Assembly: GCF_009834535.1 (NCBI RefSeq)
Contig: NC_045697.1
Location: 49,540,001-49,604,000, forward strand
Direction: 5' to 3'
DNA from: Camelus ferus
Lineage: Eukaryota
Length of the DNA stretch: 64,000 nt
Translations under genes and position numbers: made by a program
Shown here: positions 12,771-26,640 of the stretch, one piece after another
Layout of the letters: each line of letters opens with the position of its first letter
How positions within the stretch are numbered: the stretch's first letter is position 1
The notes under the pieces: model-generated
Told to the model about the DNA's origin: nothing
The model's input: only the letters and a program-made list of their open reading frames with translations
Databases searched by the model: none

Positions 12771-14079
12771 GAATGAAATTACAGTCTATCACTTAGAAGT
12801 GAGCTAGTCATTACTTCTGACAGTTTTCTCAACTTTTATTGCTAATTTTTAAGCACTAAGTAACAAATAAATATGATAGTTCAGTGTACCTATGGTAAAT
12901 GACCAACTGGTTCTCTAAATCCAGTTCAAAATCAATGTTTCAAATATAAAACAAAAGGGGGCTAAAAATCTTTACCAACAGGCTCCTAGGGAGGTTAGCC
13001 AATGTTGATGACTGTCATTCAATGCAATTAGAAAGATTAAAAAGAAGGAAAAGAAAAGAGAATTTTAAAAGAAGGATAAAGAAAAAGGTACAAAAGAGGG
13101 AGGAAAAAGCAGTCTATTATTTGAGACAGTTACAGAGTGCTACTAATAATTGCCAGAGGTGACAGTTAGTTTCCTCTGGTTGACAGTGTCAATTGTGCTA
13201 GATTTTGGTGTGTTTTATTGCATAATGTTTGATAGTAAATGTCTACAAGAAATTCAATGAATAGGTTTACTGAAACCAAAGACAAAATGGCTGAAGACAT
13301 GTAAAACTCCAAAATCTAAACACTACAGCAAAAGTATAACTTAATCCCTAATCATAAAATTAATGAAAACCAACATAAAATAGAATCATTTTATCTGTTT
13401 CTAATAAAAGTTGAGGAGAAAAGGTTAAAAGCAGAAAAAAAAAGTAGAAAGTTAAAGGAAATGGTATATTTAAGAACCAACTTGATGCAGTTATATATAC
13501 ACACAAATTATATAGGAAAATGAAAATAAATGAAAAAAAAAATGATGGTACTAATAACAATCCAAGGAGAGAATCTCTTTTTAAATGGTTTATGTGGTAC
13601 CGTTTTATTTAAACTGAGGGCCAAGAGAGGAGTAAAATAACACATTCAGGTTTAGGATATATAGTAATATTTTAGTTAAGAAAAGACACACAAACTTCCT
13701 AATAGATAGGTACACAATTCTTAAAAGAATAAAAAATGTCCTTCTCATGAGTTACATTATCATTTCTCCACTTACAATACTGCACTGATATATGTACTAC
13801 AAAATTTTAAACACAAAGCTAAAACAACCTGTCCATGTGGACCTAAGTCAAGAGCATTTCAGTTTTATCTCTGCTTTGCCATGAACCAGTTGTGAGGCTA
13901 AGGGCAATCCAAATGTTGTTTACTAGCACTTAAGATGAGAAAGGGACAGGGCCAAGTACCACAAATATAAAGATGAGTAAGACATCACTAACAAAACAAG
14001 TCACTCAGTTTCTGTAAGTCTTGGGCTTCTAAGTGTATACGTGGAGACTGAATTAGCTTGATAAAATCTCCTAGTTCCA

Positions 14080-14168
14080 GGGAGTGAGGGATATAGCTCA
14101 GTGGTAGAACGTGTGCTTGGTGTGCATGAGGTCCTGAGTTAACCCCCAGTATCTCCATTAAGGAAAAA
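14080..14168 (+). mobile_element. tRNA-derived SINE (Vic-1-like)
   Basis: tatagctcagtggtag...gtcctgagtt; TSD aaaatctcctag. Confidence 0.88.
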
Positions 14169-14797
14169 AAAATCTCCTAGCTCTAATTAAAAAAAAATTT
14201 TTTCCAATTGTTGTGTAAAGAGTATTAAGGTTTTGATCAAGTTGTAGATAACAGAGAAAAATGTTCAAGCAACAAAACAATATTGTATCAATACAAAATA
14301 TTCAAATATATATGCAAACACTAAAATAAATCAGAATGGAAAATTAACTCTAGAGCAAATCATGCTCTATAGTTAAATAAAGATTACAAGGAAAATCCTT
14401 TGAAATATGCATTCAATCGAATAAGAGCGAGGATTCCAAATGTGACACTTTGTTAAGGTCATGCAGTTCAATGTATGGGGATGTTTCCTCTACTCTTTCT
14501 GGAGGGAGACTTTGGTGTCAGTACAACCCTTCAGAAAAGGATGAAAGAAATCCTAAACTTGTGGAATGCATAAGTTTGAATAGCAAAATCATTTGTCTAA
14601 GCCAAAATACTGAATAGGCAGAAAACAAAGAAAAAATGTGGCCTTGTATATGACTTTAAAAGGTCTAAAAGATTGTCTAATACCCCAACATTCCAAGTCT
14701 AACTTTTTATGGCTCTGAATAAGGGTCAACAAAGATTTCATTTACAAAGAGAGAAAACAAAATGCATATTCTTAGACTTTTTTCAAGTTTAACTTAC

Positions 14798-14853
14798 ATC
14801 ATTACGTATAACTTCCCTGGAATCCGCTAGTAAGTCCATCAATCTTGAAACAC
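14798..14853 (-). CDS. USO1: USO1 exon 7 (GVSRLMDLLADSREVIRND)
   Basis: Acceptor tttcag|GTG, donor GAT|gtaagt. 56 nt. Confidence 0.96.
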
Positions 14854-15009
14854 CTGAAACATATAACTATGTGAAAAACACTGGCAGATCAAAATTACAA
14901 ACAGTGATTCAAATTATAAACAATTTATTAACACATCATTTCAGTCACCCTCTTTAGGAACGATCCTCACTTTAAATCCAAAATTATATAAGGAAGATGA
15001 GTCACTCAC

Positions 15010-15112
15010 CCATGGGACTGACTAAAATAATTTGCTGCACTTGAGGCCCTAGCTGTTTTAAAAGAGAAGTAAGAAGCTTCACACCAGGCCAGCGGACGTG
15101 GAAATCAAACTC
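15010..15112 (-). CDS. USO1: USO1 exon 6 (EFDFHVRWPGVKLLTSLLKQLGPQVQQIILVSPM)
   Basis: Acceptor ttatag|GAG, donor TGG|gtgagt. 103 nt. Confidence 0.96.
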
Positions 15113-15522
15113 CTATAAGAATTTAAAATATTTAACATTTGTAACTCACATTTTCAAGAAAAACATTTTTTTTCAACTAATACCAGTAGCACAAAAAACT
15201 AGAAACAAAAAAGAGTTTGGAGAACTTTAAAAAACTAAGAATAAAAAGCAATAAAAAGAAATGAGTTAATATAAATTGACCAAATTGATTAAACTATTAT
15301 TGACTAGATAAAACAGTATTTTATAAAACTGGAAATAAGAAGTAATCAATATTTTAACACACTATAAGGCTCTTAAAACAAACATGTAAATCTCTTTCAA
15401 TGATACAACAAATTTTACAACCTTAAAAAGGTATATATATATATGTTGCTTCCTCAGTAACACCCAAAGAGGCAACAAAAGAAGCTTATAAAATGACAAA
15501 AATAGCAAGGTTCTTTAATTAC

Positions 15523-15623
15523 CTCTAATAAAGATAACAGGAGAGTGACATTTTCTTGCTGCTTAATGAAAATTTCTGTAAACTGGCTTCCCAAATCCTC
15601 ATTCTGCCTTGTGGAGTTTTCTT
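15523..15623 (-). CDS. USO1: USO1 exon 5 (EENSTRQNEDLGSQFTEIFIKQQENVTLLLSLLE)
   Basis: Acceptor ttacag|AAG, donor GAG|gtaatt. 101 nt. Lies within ORF 15454..15636. Confidence 0.96.
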
Positions 15624-17014
15624 CTGTAACATTCAAAGATAAGGTACTTGAATATGATGCTTTGTTGTTTTAAAGTATCCTTTTTGTTACAGAAGCTAAG
15701 CAGAAATGATAATTTTCTTGGAACTGTATGTCGGAAGTAGTATCACAATTTTGCTGGAAAGACATATCCTAAAAATAACTTTCAATATCATTTAAATGAA
15801 TTTTTATTTTTTAAATGTTAAAATATGCTATTCAAAGAAAATACATTTAGATTTTTCACATTTTCTCAAGGTCATTTTTTAGGTTAAAACTCTAGAGCAC
15901 AAGGGAACTTACTAGGGTGATGGAAATATTCTATCTCAAATGTGATAGTCGTTACGCTACTATATACCTTTGCCCAAAGAATAAATATTAATATATGTAA
16001 ATTATACCTCAAAATCTCCTCCCCCAAACATTATTGAACATACAGTTCTTACTGTTACTGAGTTAAATAATTTAATTATAAAATCAAACCAATCATCTGC
16101 AGATCCTTCAGTATCTTTTTTAAAAAAAAATTAACATATATATCCTATAAAATTATTTGGCAATAAAACCAGAATTTTTAAATTTGACAATTAATTTTTC
16201 ACTTGTTCTTTAAAAGATTTTATATTTGTCCTTAAGACTTAAAGGTCTTTAGATTAAACCATCTGTTGTTTCAATGTATTTTATCAAAAAAATGTAAAGG
16301 ATCACTAAAAACTGAAGCAACAATTGCAAAAGTAAATTATCATTTAAAATCTGCCTACACTATAAATGCAATTTAGAGATGGCAAGTACACTACTCCTCA
16401 TTCCCTCACCCATACCAGACACAGCTAATCCTTTTCCACATGTTGCTCCAGGCAGTGACTATAAACCAATGGAGTTGGCAGTCAAGATCAAATACATTTA
16501 TTACCCCTCAAACAGTTCTTTTTCAAATGTGACACTGTAATACTAATATGCTTTAGAAAGCAAGTAGTGACAAGTACTGACAAGAAAAGCAAGGCAATCC
16601 AACAGTGACAGTGATAATCACATCTAATTATTTATAGAGAAAAGAGAAAAGAGAAGAGACCACAAGTAGAAATGTTTTCCAATATTGATTAATATGCTAG
16701 GTTTTTCCTTCAGAAACCCTAAGAAATATTTCTTTTTATCATCTCTTGTATCAGTAAAAGAATTAACTGTTTCTGGACCTTAAAACTACATTACTCAAAC
16801 AAAAAAAAAACAAGTTCAGAGTATAGAGAGAACCAGAAATTTAGTTTTGGATGTATCAAATTTTGAGATACATAAAAATTTGGAGATATTCATCAAGTAG
16901 GCAGTTAATTAAAAACAAGCTTGGCTGTCAGTGGATAGGTTTGGGTTAGACATATACATTAGAGTGATAAACATAATAATGATTTAAAGTCACAAGACTG
17001 GATGATAAAGGGCA

Positions 17015-18720
17015 TCTACAAAAAGCTTACAGCCAACTCTACACTTAATGGTAAAAGGCTGAATGCTTTCCACTTAAGATGAGGAAAGAGGCGAGAATAT
17101 CCACTTTCACAAATTCTAGTCGGCATCATACTGGAGATGTTAGTGCCACAGGGCCACAGGCATACAGATTGGAAAGAAGTAAAACTGTATTTACAGATGA
17201 CATGTTTGTCTATGTAGAAAATCCTATGGAATCTACAATAAATCCTATTAGAACTAATAAGTGAGTTTAGCAAAGTTGCAAGATAAAAGGTCAATATACA
17301 AAATTAACTGCATCTTTACTTACTGGTGATGAACAATTAGAAATCAAAATTTTAAAACAGCACCACTTAAAACAGCATCAAAAAGTATTAAAGACTTAGG
17401 GATAAATCTGATAAAACCTGTATGACTTATACTTTGAAAACTCAAAAATGGTGCTGAGAGAAATGAAAGAAGACTTAAATAAATATATATACCATGTTCT
17501 TGTATTAGAAGGCACAATACTGCTAAAATGTTTGTCTTCTCCAAAATCAATCTGTATATTTAACAGAATCCCAATCAAGATCTCAGTCAGCCCTTTGTAG
17601 AAATTGACAAACTGATTCTAAAATGATATGGGAGTTGAAAGGACCAAAAAGATCCAAAATAATTTTGAAAAGGAAACAAAGTTAGAGGACTTAACACTAC
17701 ATAATTTCAAGACTTATAAAGCTACAGTAATCAAGACAGTGTCATGTAGGCAAAATGACACACACAGAAGACCAACAGAATAATAAGTCCAGAAACAGAC
17801 CTATTTGCTCACAGGCCTAGTCATAGAGTTAAAACTATAAAACTTTAAAAAGAAAACATAGGACAAAATGTTAGTGATTTTAGATCTGGCAAAGATTTCA
17901 TAAATAGGAAACAAAAGGCCCAAATTATATAAGAAAAAAAAGGTAAACTAGACAACCAAAATGCAAAATTTTGCTCTTCAAAATACAACGTTAGAGGAGG
18001 GTACAGCTCAGTGGTCCTCGGTTCAATTTCTAGTATCTCCATTAAAATAAGTAAATAAATAAACCTAATTATCTCCCTTCCAAAAATAAAGCAAAACATA
18101 TATATTAAAAAAATACAATGTTATGAAAATAAAAAGGTAAGTCACAGATTGGGAGAAAGTATTTGTGAAATATATATCACAAGAACTTTTACCTGGAAAA
18201 CACACAGAACTCTTACAACTCAAGTATAAGAAGACAACTCAGTAAAAAATTAACAAAGGATTTGAATAAACACTTCAAAGAAGAAAGGAATATGTATGGC
18301 AAATAATAGCATGAAAAATTGTTCAATATAATTATTCGTTTTGAAAATACAAATAAAAACTACCATGAGATACAATTTCACATCTATTAGAACAGCTAAA
18401 ATTTTAAGACTGACCATATCAAGTATAAGAGTATGAAGAGGAACTGGGATTCTCATACACCACCATAGGAATGTAAAATGGTACAACTACTTTGAGAAAC
18501 AGTTTGGTAGTTTCTTATAGAGTTAAACATACACATACTGTATCACTTAGCCTGTGTATTTATTCAAGAGAAATGAAACACACAAAAACTTGTACATAAA
18601 AGCTTTATGTTTACCAGCTAAAAACTGCAAAAAACCCAAATGACTACCAACAGGGGAATGAATTAGCAAATTTTATAAATTCATACAACAAAATACTATT
18701 CAACAATAAAAAGTACATCC
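17015..18720 (+). mobile_element. L1 ORF2/3' remnant
   Basis: ORF 17079..17264 contains FTDDMFVYVENP, a degenerate form of the L1 reverse-transcriptase FADDMIVYLENP motif. Confidence 0.9.
17994..18109 (+). mobile_element. Internally deleted Vic-1-like SINE inside L1
   Basis: gctcagtggt joined directly to cctcggttcaa; TSD aaaatacaa(c/t)gtta. Confidence 0.8.
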
Positions 18721-19897
18721 ATATTTTTTAACATCTGTCTGCATCCTATGAACTAGTTATGTAAATTATAAGATTTAATAAAGAATCTAGTCAGAAAAAT
18801 GGCCATAATTTATTAAATCAGAAATCTTTGGAATATAAAACAAAATGTATCAAAAAAAATTCTGCTATCCAACTTACTAGATCATACTGTATAAGTTACC
18901 TGATCTCTGGGTTCTCATTACCTCATTTTTAAAAAAGAGAAAAATATCACCTACCTCACAGGCTGCTATGAGGATCAAATAAGATAATGGGCATAAAAGC
19001 ACTGTAAAATTTAAAGCTCTGTACAAATATAATGCTGATCTGTACTACTGAATAAGGAAACAGCATTGTCACAAGAGTCGAGGCATAAATGCTCAGTATT
19101 TTCTGCTCTCAAACAAGGGGTTCGAATGTCACAAAAGGTAGTGTGACACACCTAATAAGTTAGTTTCTTTGTTAGTTTTTTGTTAGGTATAGGCAACTTT
19201 GTTATGTACCATTTTAAACCTACTTTAGGTAAGGATTTTCTCTTCCTCATTTGAAAAAGTTAGGGACCTCAGGAAAAATGATAAAACAAAATTAAACTGG
19301 GTTACTTTAATTATGAGGAAAAGAAGTATCAATGTTAAAAGGAAACAGAACTTGAAACGGATCTCAAAAAAAAAGAAAGACAATATTGATGAGTTTTATA
19401 AATTAATACAAAAAAATGTGAGTAAACAGATATTATTGTGCATGCATTATTTTAAAGGGACAATATCAACATATAAGTATTTCAAACTGGAATACCTTCC
19501 AGTTCTTACTGAATATACATAAATTTTGTATGTATGTATAGATATTCAAATACTATTTTTACTTTTAAATAAACTGCCTCAAAATTTTTTCCCAGGAACA
19601 TAAAAAGTAATTCAAATAGATTGTCCTACCAGACCAAAAGCTTTAATTATGCTAAAGCATGTTAAAATATGAACTAGAATATTTTCTGTGTTCTGAACAA
19701 TAGATTTAGCAGGCATTGAAATATAAGTAGTAATATAAGATTATCAAATATTCCTCTTTAATTAAGGAATTCTTATATAGTGAAACAAATCTCAAGATTT
19801 TTTTTACCAGCCAGAAGAAACATTACTTGATAGTATCCTTTTGTATTATCAGAAATTATGTCTAAAAGCGTTATGCATATTAAATGCAATCTTTTAC

Positions 19898-19909
19898 CTT
19901 CAACATCAT
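19898..19909 (-). CDS. USO1: Candidate 12-nt alternative USO1 microexon adding DDVE
   Basis: Reads cttttcag|ATGATGTTGAAG|gtaaaag, with a long U-rich tract upstream. Symmetric phase 1, no stop codon, acidic like the flanking exons. Confidence 0.8.
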
Positions 19910-21889
19910 CTGAAAAGGTAGACAAAAATAAATAAATAAAAAGTGGGTGATAAAGAAAAATTTCTTATGTAGTACTATTCACAACAAAACAAATAGGAGC
20001 TTAAAAATGTCAAATAATAATACAATCTCTTGGAAGGAAAGATACATACTCATTTTACTCAAATATCTGAGGTATCCTGATAGAGATATAGCATAGGCTA
20101 TATCTTCAGGATTAAGAGACAGATTTATTAAAAAATTGAAGGGTTATAAAATATACCCAAGGTAAATAAATCTAAAATGAAGTTCATTGTGTCAGCTAAG
20201 AATTACCTTTCGATGAAGCAGTAAAGACAAAGTATCAATAACAGAACTGAAGGCCACATTTCTCAGTATCTAGATTTCTAAAAATTGACTCTTCCAGGCC
20301 AAGTAAATTTTCAGAAGAAAGTTTAAGTGCATATTTTAATCTTCCCTAGAAAAAATAAGCCTGCTAGTGTTTTTCTCCAAAGAACTGTTTATCCTGTTTC
20401 ATCCAAAGGATCATTTTTAGATACTGAATTAAAAATAAAAGCCCAAATAAATAAAGAGCAAAAACCTGGATTTTAAACATTATTAGATTATAAATTTATA
20501 ACAAAGGAAAAACACCTAAGTGCTACTATATAATTTTTTAAAATACAAAAATTATCCAGTATAATCTAGAAAAGAGCTAAATTTTCAATCTGAAACTACT
20601 AAGCAAAAATGAAAAAAAAAAAAAAAAAGAAAGTCTTCTTCTTTAGTGTTTTCTAACAAGTGTATTGCACCTTTTTTTCTCATCTGAGAAATGACTAGGA
20701 GAAATAAGAATCTTTTCCCTCAAAGTGTGTTCTTGTGCATAATGTATTTAAGTATTGTCATATGATTGACAGCCTCTTTTTCCAAGAGAACCAAATTATA
20801 TTTACTAAAGATTTTTCACCCCTCAGAAATTAATAAAGTTGTCAGCTAGGTATCATAGAAAAACAAATATTTAAGAAAAAGGATATTTAAGGCTAAGAAA
20901 TTGTGACTATTCAACACAACACAGTTTCAAATGTTCCTATTACTGGTGTTTTGTGAAGTTAATGTCTACCTATATTTCTGCTCTACTTTTATTTTAATAA
21001 AATATGTACAAACTCAATATCATCTACATTTCTTTATGACTTATCTACTCAGATTTTGAAAGACCTTAGAATTTCAGTCTAAATTAGACTTTTAAAATGC
21101 ATGATTATGTCCACTCTTCTGATTATCTAGAAAAATGAAAAACCTACATCCAACTGCAGCAGCCAATCTGGTATGAGGATAGCACTCTTCAATAGCACTA
21201 AAATGTTACACAATGCATGTTTTTACAATACATAGAACAAATTGTACACAGATTTCCAGTCGAGTATTTCACAGTTGACAATAAACATAAATGACTTAAG
21301 TAAACGACTACCTTATTTTAAGTATGCAAATAATTTGAAACAAAAAAGAAAAAGAAGGATGTACTAAAGGGATGTGTGGATTTCAAGCTGATTCATATCA
21401 TTTCACGCCAATTAGATTCAATGTAAAGAAAACTTCTAAATTTAAAAAATTGTTGCTTTTTATAAATTAACATATCCTATGTTAAAAGTTTAAGTATATA
21501 ATATGAAAAAAAACCTTCTAACTTCATACTGCTCACCAGATAACATATAAATAAAATAGTTTAGTTTTCAATCAATAGCCAAAAAATGATTAAGTAATCT
21601 AGAGATAGTATACTAACATTCATTATGCTTAACTAAAACCAAATACAAAGAGGGAGAAAAGTATTTTTTTAAAAAAGAAGAAGCTAATTCCATCTCCAAA
21701 TCACATATAAAGCAATTGTCTTAAAGATATTTTTCTGGAACTAAGCTAACGTCTTCCATTTATTGATTTCAAAGAAAGAAAGAAAGAAAAAAAAACGTAA
21801 ATAAATTTATAAAATAAACTCAACTTTAAATCAAAATTGACACAATCCAGTTAATTTTATGCACAGAAAACACAGTAAAAGAAACTTAC

Positions 21890-21966
21890 CTACTTCTTCT
21901 TCTTCATCATTAGATATAATATTATATAGCGTGTCCAAAGCATAACCTATTATTTCAGAATCCGAA
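21890..21966 (-). CDS. USO1: USO1 exon 4 (SDSEIIGYALDTLYNIISNDEEEEV)
   Basis: Acceptor ttccag|TTC, donor TAG|gtaagt. 77 nt, phase 2 to phase 1. Confidence 0.96.
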
Positions 21967-22874
21967 CTGGAAGAAACAAAAATTATTATATTTATACACT
22001 GCTAGTTAGATTATACTTGTTATGACTATTTTAGACTCTTATTTAGCAAGATTGTATAAAACATTAATCCCATTTCTAAAAACCTACCCCAACAAAATAT
22101 CAGAGTGCAAATTATAAAGATGTATAAAGGTTCAGTTTTACTTATAATCATGAAAAATTAAAAGCAACCTAAATGTCCAATACTTTTTTAAAGATGTGGT
22201 AAATCCATACATATAGCAATGATTAAAAAATGTCTTTTCAAAGAATGTTTAATGACATGGTAATTAAAACACCCTTGATTTAATGCCAGTAGGAAAAAAT
22301 TAAGTATAACAATTAAGGTACAAAATGATCCTATTTAGCAAAAAATAAAGATAAAGATACATTCATGTGTGTCTACATATATTTTAGAAAACCTTAAAAA
22401 TAAATTTGTAAAATAAACCCAACTTTACACAGTAAAATTAGTACAACCCAGGTAATTTGTAAGTCTGTGTGTTTGTTTATATATGTTTTGTAATATTGTT
22501 TATATAAACATAACAGTATTATCTCTAGTTGGACTACTAGAATTTGTTTCCTTGATAAGTATTTTATTTTTAAAAAAAAATCCTATGGTAAACATGAACT
22601 GTTTATAATGTCTGGAAGTATAAGATTTTTAGTCGTTGATAAACAGACAAATTTTGAAAGCATAATGGATGATAATGGTATTTAGAGTGGAAAGCAAAGT
22701 GAGATACAGGTCACAAAGATTTAATGAATATGAAGAAGTGATCGGGAGCAAAAGCAAAGATGAGGGACAGATGGGGTCACAACCAGAGGATGTAACTCTC
22801 AAATGAAGTGGGTTTTTAACATTATTATTACTTTATCTTGTTTTTGAGAAATTTTGAGGGACATCTTTTTAAGA

Positions 22875-24950
22875 AACTATCGAGAAAGCAGGAATAGAAG
22901 GGAACTTCCTCAAAATGAAAATCCCACAACATCATATGTTATGGTGAAAAACTAAATGCTTTACCCCTACGATCAAGAACAAGATAATGGTTCTTGATCT
23001 AGCCACTTCTTTTCAACAGAGCTGGAGGTTCCAGCGAGAGCAGTTAGGCAAGAAAAGGAAATAAAAGGCATACATATTGGAAAGGAAGAACTAAAACTAC
23101 ACCTATTTACAGAAAATATGATCTTGTACATAGAAAATCCTAAGGAATTCATTAAAAAACTACTAGAAGTAGTAAACAAATTCAGCAAAGTTGAAGGACA
23201 GATGCTTAATATAAAAAAAAATCAATTGTACTTCTATATACTAGCAATGAACAATCAGAAAATGAAATTAAGAAAACAATTCCACTTGAATAACATAAAA
23301 AGATTAAGATATTTTGGAATAAATTTTACTCAAGTACAAGACTCATACACTGAAAACTATAAAACGCTGTTGAAAGAAATTATCTAGAGCTCAAAAAAAT
23401 GAAAAGACTTTTGTGTTCATGAACAGGAAGATGTAATGTCGCTAACATGGTAACATACCCCAACTTAAGTTTATAGTTACACAATCCCTATAAAAATCCC
23501 AGGTGCCATTGTTGCAGAAATTGACAAACTGATCATAACAACGTTATGGGAATGCAGGATAGCCAAAATAATCTTCAAAAAGAAGAACAAGGTTGAAGCA
23601 CTCATATTTTTCAACTTCAAAACTTACTACAAAATTACAGTAATCAAGATTATGGCACTGATATAAGGATAGACATATAGATCAACAGAGCAGAGTCTAA
23701 AAATAAAGCCTAACATTAGTTCAATTGATTTTTGGCAAGGATGCAAAGACCATTCAATGAGGAAAGAACAGTCTCTTGAACAAATGGTTCTAGGACAACT
23801 ATATACATATATGCCAAAAAATGAAGTTAGATCCCTACTTCACATCACATACGAAAATAAACTCAAAATGAGATATAAGACCTAAATGTAAGAGCTAAAA
23901 GTATAAAACTCTAGGAAGAAAACACTGGCATAAATCCTTAAAGCCTCGGATTAGGCAATGGTTTCTTAGCTATGACATCAAAAGCATATGCAAGAAAAGA
24001 TAAAACAGATAAACTGGATTTTGTCAAAATTAAAAACTTTTGTGTATCAAAGGACACTATCAAGAAAGTGAAAAGACAACCCAAAGAATGGGGGAAAAAA
24101 TTTGCAAATCATGTCTGTTAAGGGACTTGTATCCAGAATATACACACAATTCAACAATAAAAAGACAAGTAACCCAATTAAAAGCAAAGGACTTAGACAT
24201 TTCTCTAAAACATACACAAATGGTCAAAAAACACGTGGAAAGATGCTCAGTATCACTAGTCATTAGGTAAATGCAAATCAAAACCACAATGAGATGCCAA
24301 GTTACACTCACTAGGATGGCCATACAAAAAAAAGGGGACAATAACAAGTGTTGGTGAGGAGAAATTGAACCTTTATACACTGCAGATAAGATATGAAATG
24401 GTGCAGCCACCATGGAAGTGTTAGGTAATTCCTCAAAAAATTAAACACAGAGTTACCACATGACCCAACAACTGAATTCTCTTGTATAAAACATGTTTAC
24501 ACAAAAACCAGTACACAAATATTCATAGTAGCATTATTCATAACAGCCAATAAATGAAAATATCTCAAATGTCTGTCAACAGATGACTGGATAAACAAAT
24601 ATGACCTATCCACACAATGGAATATTATTCAGCCATAAAAAGGAATGAAATACTAATACATGCTATAACATGGATGGACCCTGAAATATTATGCTAAGTG
24701 AAAGAAACCAGACACAAAAGCTGCACATTGTATGATTTCATTTATATGAAGCATCCAAAATAGTCAAATCCATATAGACAGACAGTAGATTAGTGATTGC
24801 TAGGCACTAGGGGGGAGGAGAGAATAGACAATGACAACTAATGGATACGCAATTTCTTCTGAAGTGATGAAAATGTTTTGGAATTAGTGGTGATAACTGC
24901 ACAACATCATGAATATACTAAAACCAGGAAAATGTACAGCTAAAAAAAAA
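22875..24950 (+). mobile_element. L1 ORF2 and 3' end remnant (L1MB-like)
   Basis: ORF 23118..23387 MILYIENPKEFIKKLLEVVNKFSKV is L1 ORF2-like. Typical 3'UTR follows. Confidence 0.92.
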
Positions 24951-25439
24951 ACTATCAAGGTGTCATAGTTTGGAAACATCAGTGAGAAACAGACAACTTT
25001 CCGGCCCTGAGTGTGGGACTTGGGAGAATGAGCAGTCTCTGCTCAAGATGGCTATAAGAGAAGCAGACTCATGCACAGATGGGAAGTTTCAAGCTATGAC
25101 AAGTAAGGGAACACAGCTCTGTGATGCTTGAAGGATTCTGAGAGGCCAAGAACAAAAGCAAAACAAGTAACGAAGATCAGAAGTGGCAAAAGATGGCTGC
25201 AGAATATAGACCTCTGCAATCCATGAAGTTAAGACAACACTCACAGAGCATTCTGAAAACAGGAGACAACAGATAAGCATTGGAGGCAAGTGGAAAGGGA
25301 ATTCAGCACAAGAAAAGGAATGAAACACAAGAGTTTGGCTCTGTTGCCTAAGAGGCGTAATAAAACACCCATCAGCCTCTAATGTGATCAATTATTAATT
25401 CACACATTCAGAAGGCTATATGATACACACTTTATATAA

Positions 25440-25780
25440 GAGGCTGCCTTCTTTTCTGATGGCCTTAGGCGAGAACTCATTTCCTTGCCTTTTCCAGTTC
25501 TAGAGGCACCCTTTCTTCATCATTAAAGAAAGTAAAGACAGAAGGAGACCTTCTCATATAACTTCATTCTGATCTCCTCTTCGGCATTCCTCTTCCACTT
25601 TTAAGAAACTTTAGGATTACACTGGGCCCACCTGCTTAATCCAACATAATCTCCCTATCTCAAAGTCCATAACTTAATCACATCTCCGAAGTCCCTTCTG
25701 CCATCTAAGGTAACATTCATAGGTTACGCTGATAGGGTATGAACATCTTTGGAGGACCATTATTCTTCCTGCTACAGCTG
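25440..25780 (-). mobile_element. MaLR LTR (MLT1-like)
   Basis: ccttgccttttccagttctagaggc; gattacactgggcccacc; taatcacatct; ccattatt. Confidence 0.8.
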
Positions 25781-26124
25781 CTTACTCTGCATTGATGGAT
25801 TTATTCAAATGCATTAGAATTACTTGGCTATGAAAGGTAGCCATTGTGAGTTACACTGTCTGAGGATGTTAGGAAAGGCTTTAACTGGTATGAATAAGCA
25901 GTTGGGCATTGCTGAAATAAAATTAAAAAGAGGTTATGAGCATAAAAAAAGCTTATATGTTTTGCTCTGTTTGAAGAACTTGGACTTCACACTGCACTGA
26001 GCTGGTGAAAGGCATTAAATAGGTGAGTGATAGATTTACATTTCAGACAGATTATTCTTGAGATGCATACCCTGAATGGAAGGCCAAAGAGATCAGAGGC
26101 AAAGAATATGGTTTGGAGGTGGTG

Positions 26125-26640
26125 GTGGTTTTAAAACATGTCAAAAAACTCTTTGATACAGCTCTCTTCGAAACGTGGAATCTAATTTTCCTCAAGTGTA
26201 GGCTATATTTATTAACTTGCTTCTAGTAAAATAGAATGTGATGGGATTGATGATATGTGACTTCTGAGACTATGTCCTAAAAGGCACTGTGGCTTCTCTT
26301 TGTTCTCTCTCTAGGATCACTTGCTCTGGGAGAAGCCAGCTGCCGCATCATGAGGATACTCAAGCAATTCTTTAGAGCAACAAGGTGAGGCAGGCATCTT
26401 GCCAACAGCAATGTGAGTGAGCCATCTTGGAATGATATTCTCCAGCCCTAGGCAAGCCTTCAGATGACTGTAGTCCTGGCTGACATCTTGAATACAACCT
26501 TATGAGAGATCCTAAGCCAGAACTACCTAGCTAAGCTACTTCTGAAATCCTGATCCACAGAAACTGGGACATAGTAAATATTCTTTTCAGCCAGTAAACT
26601 TTAAGGTAATTTGTTATGTAGCAATAGATAACTAATATAG
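26125..26640 (+). mobile_element. MaLR LTR (MLT1F/H-like)
   Basis: agccttcagatgactgtagtcctggctgacatcttg; ends gtaatttgttatgtagcaatagataactaata. Confidence 0.8.
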
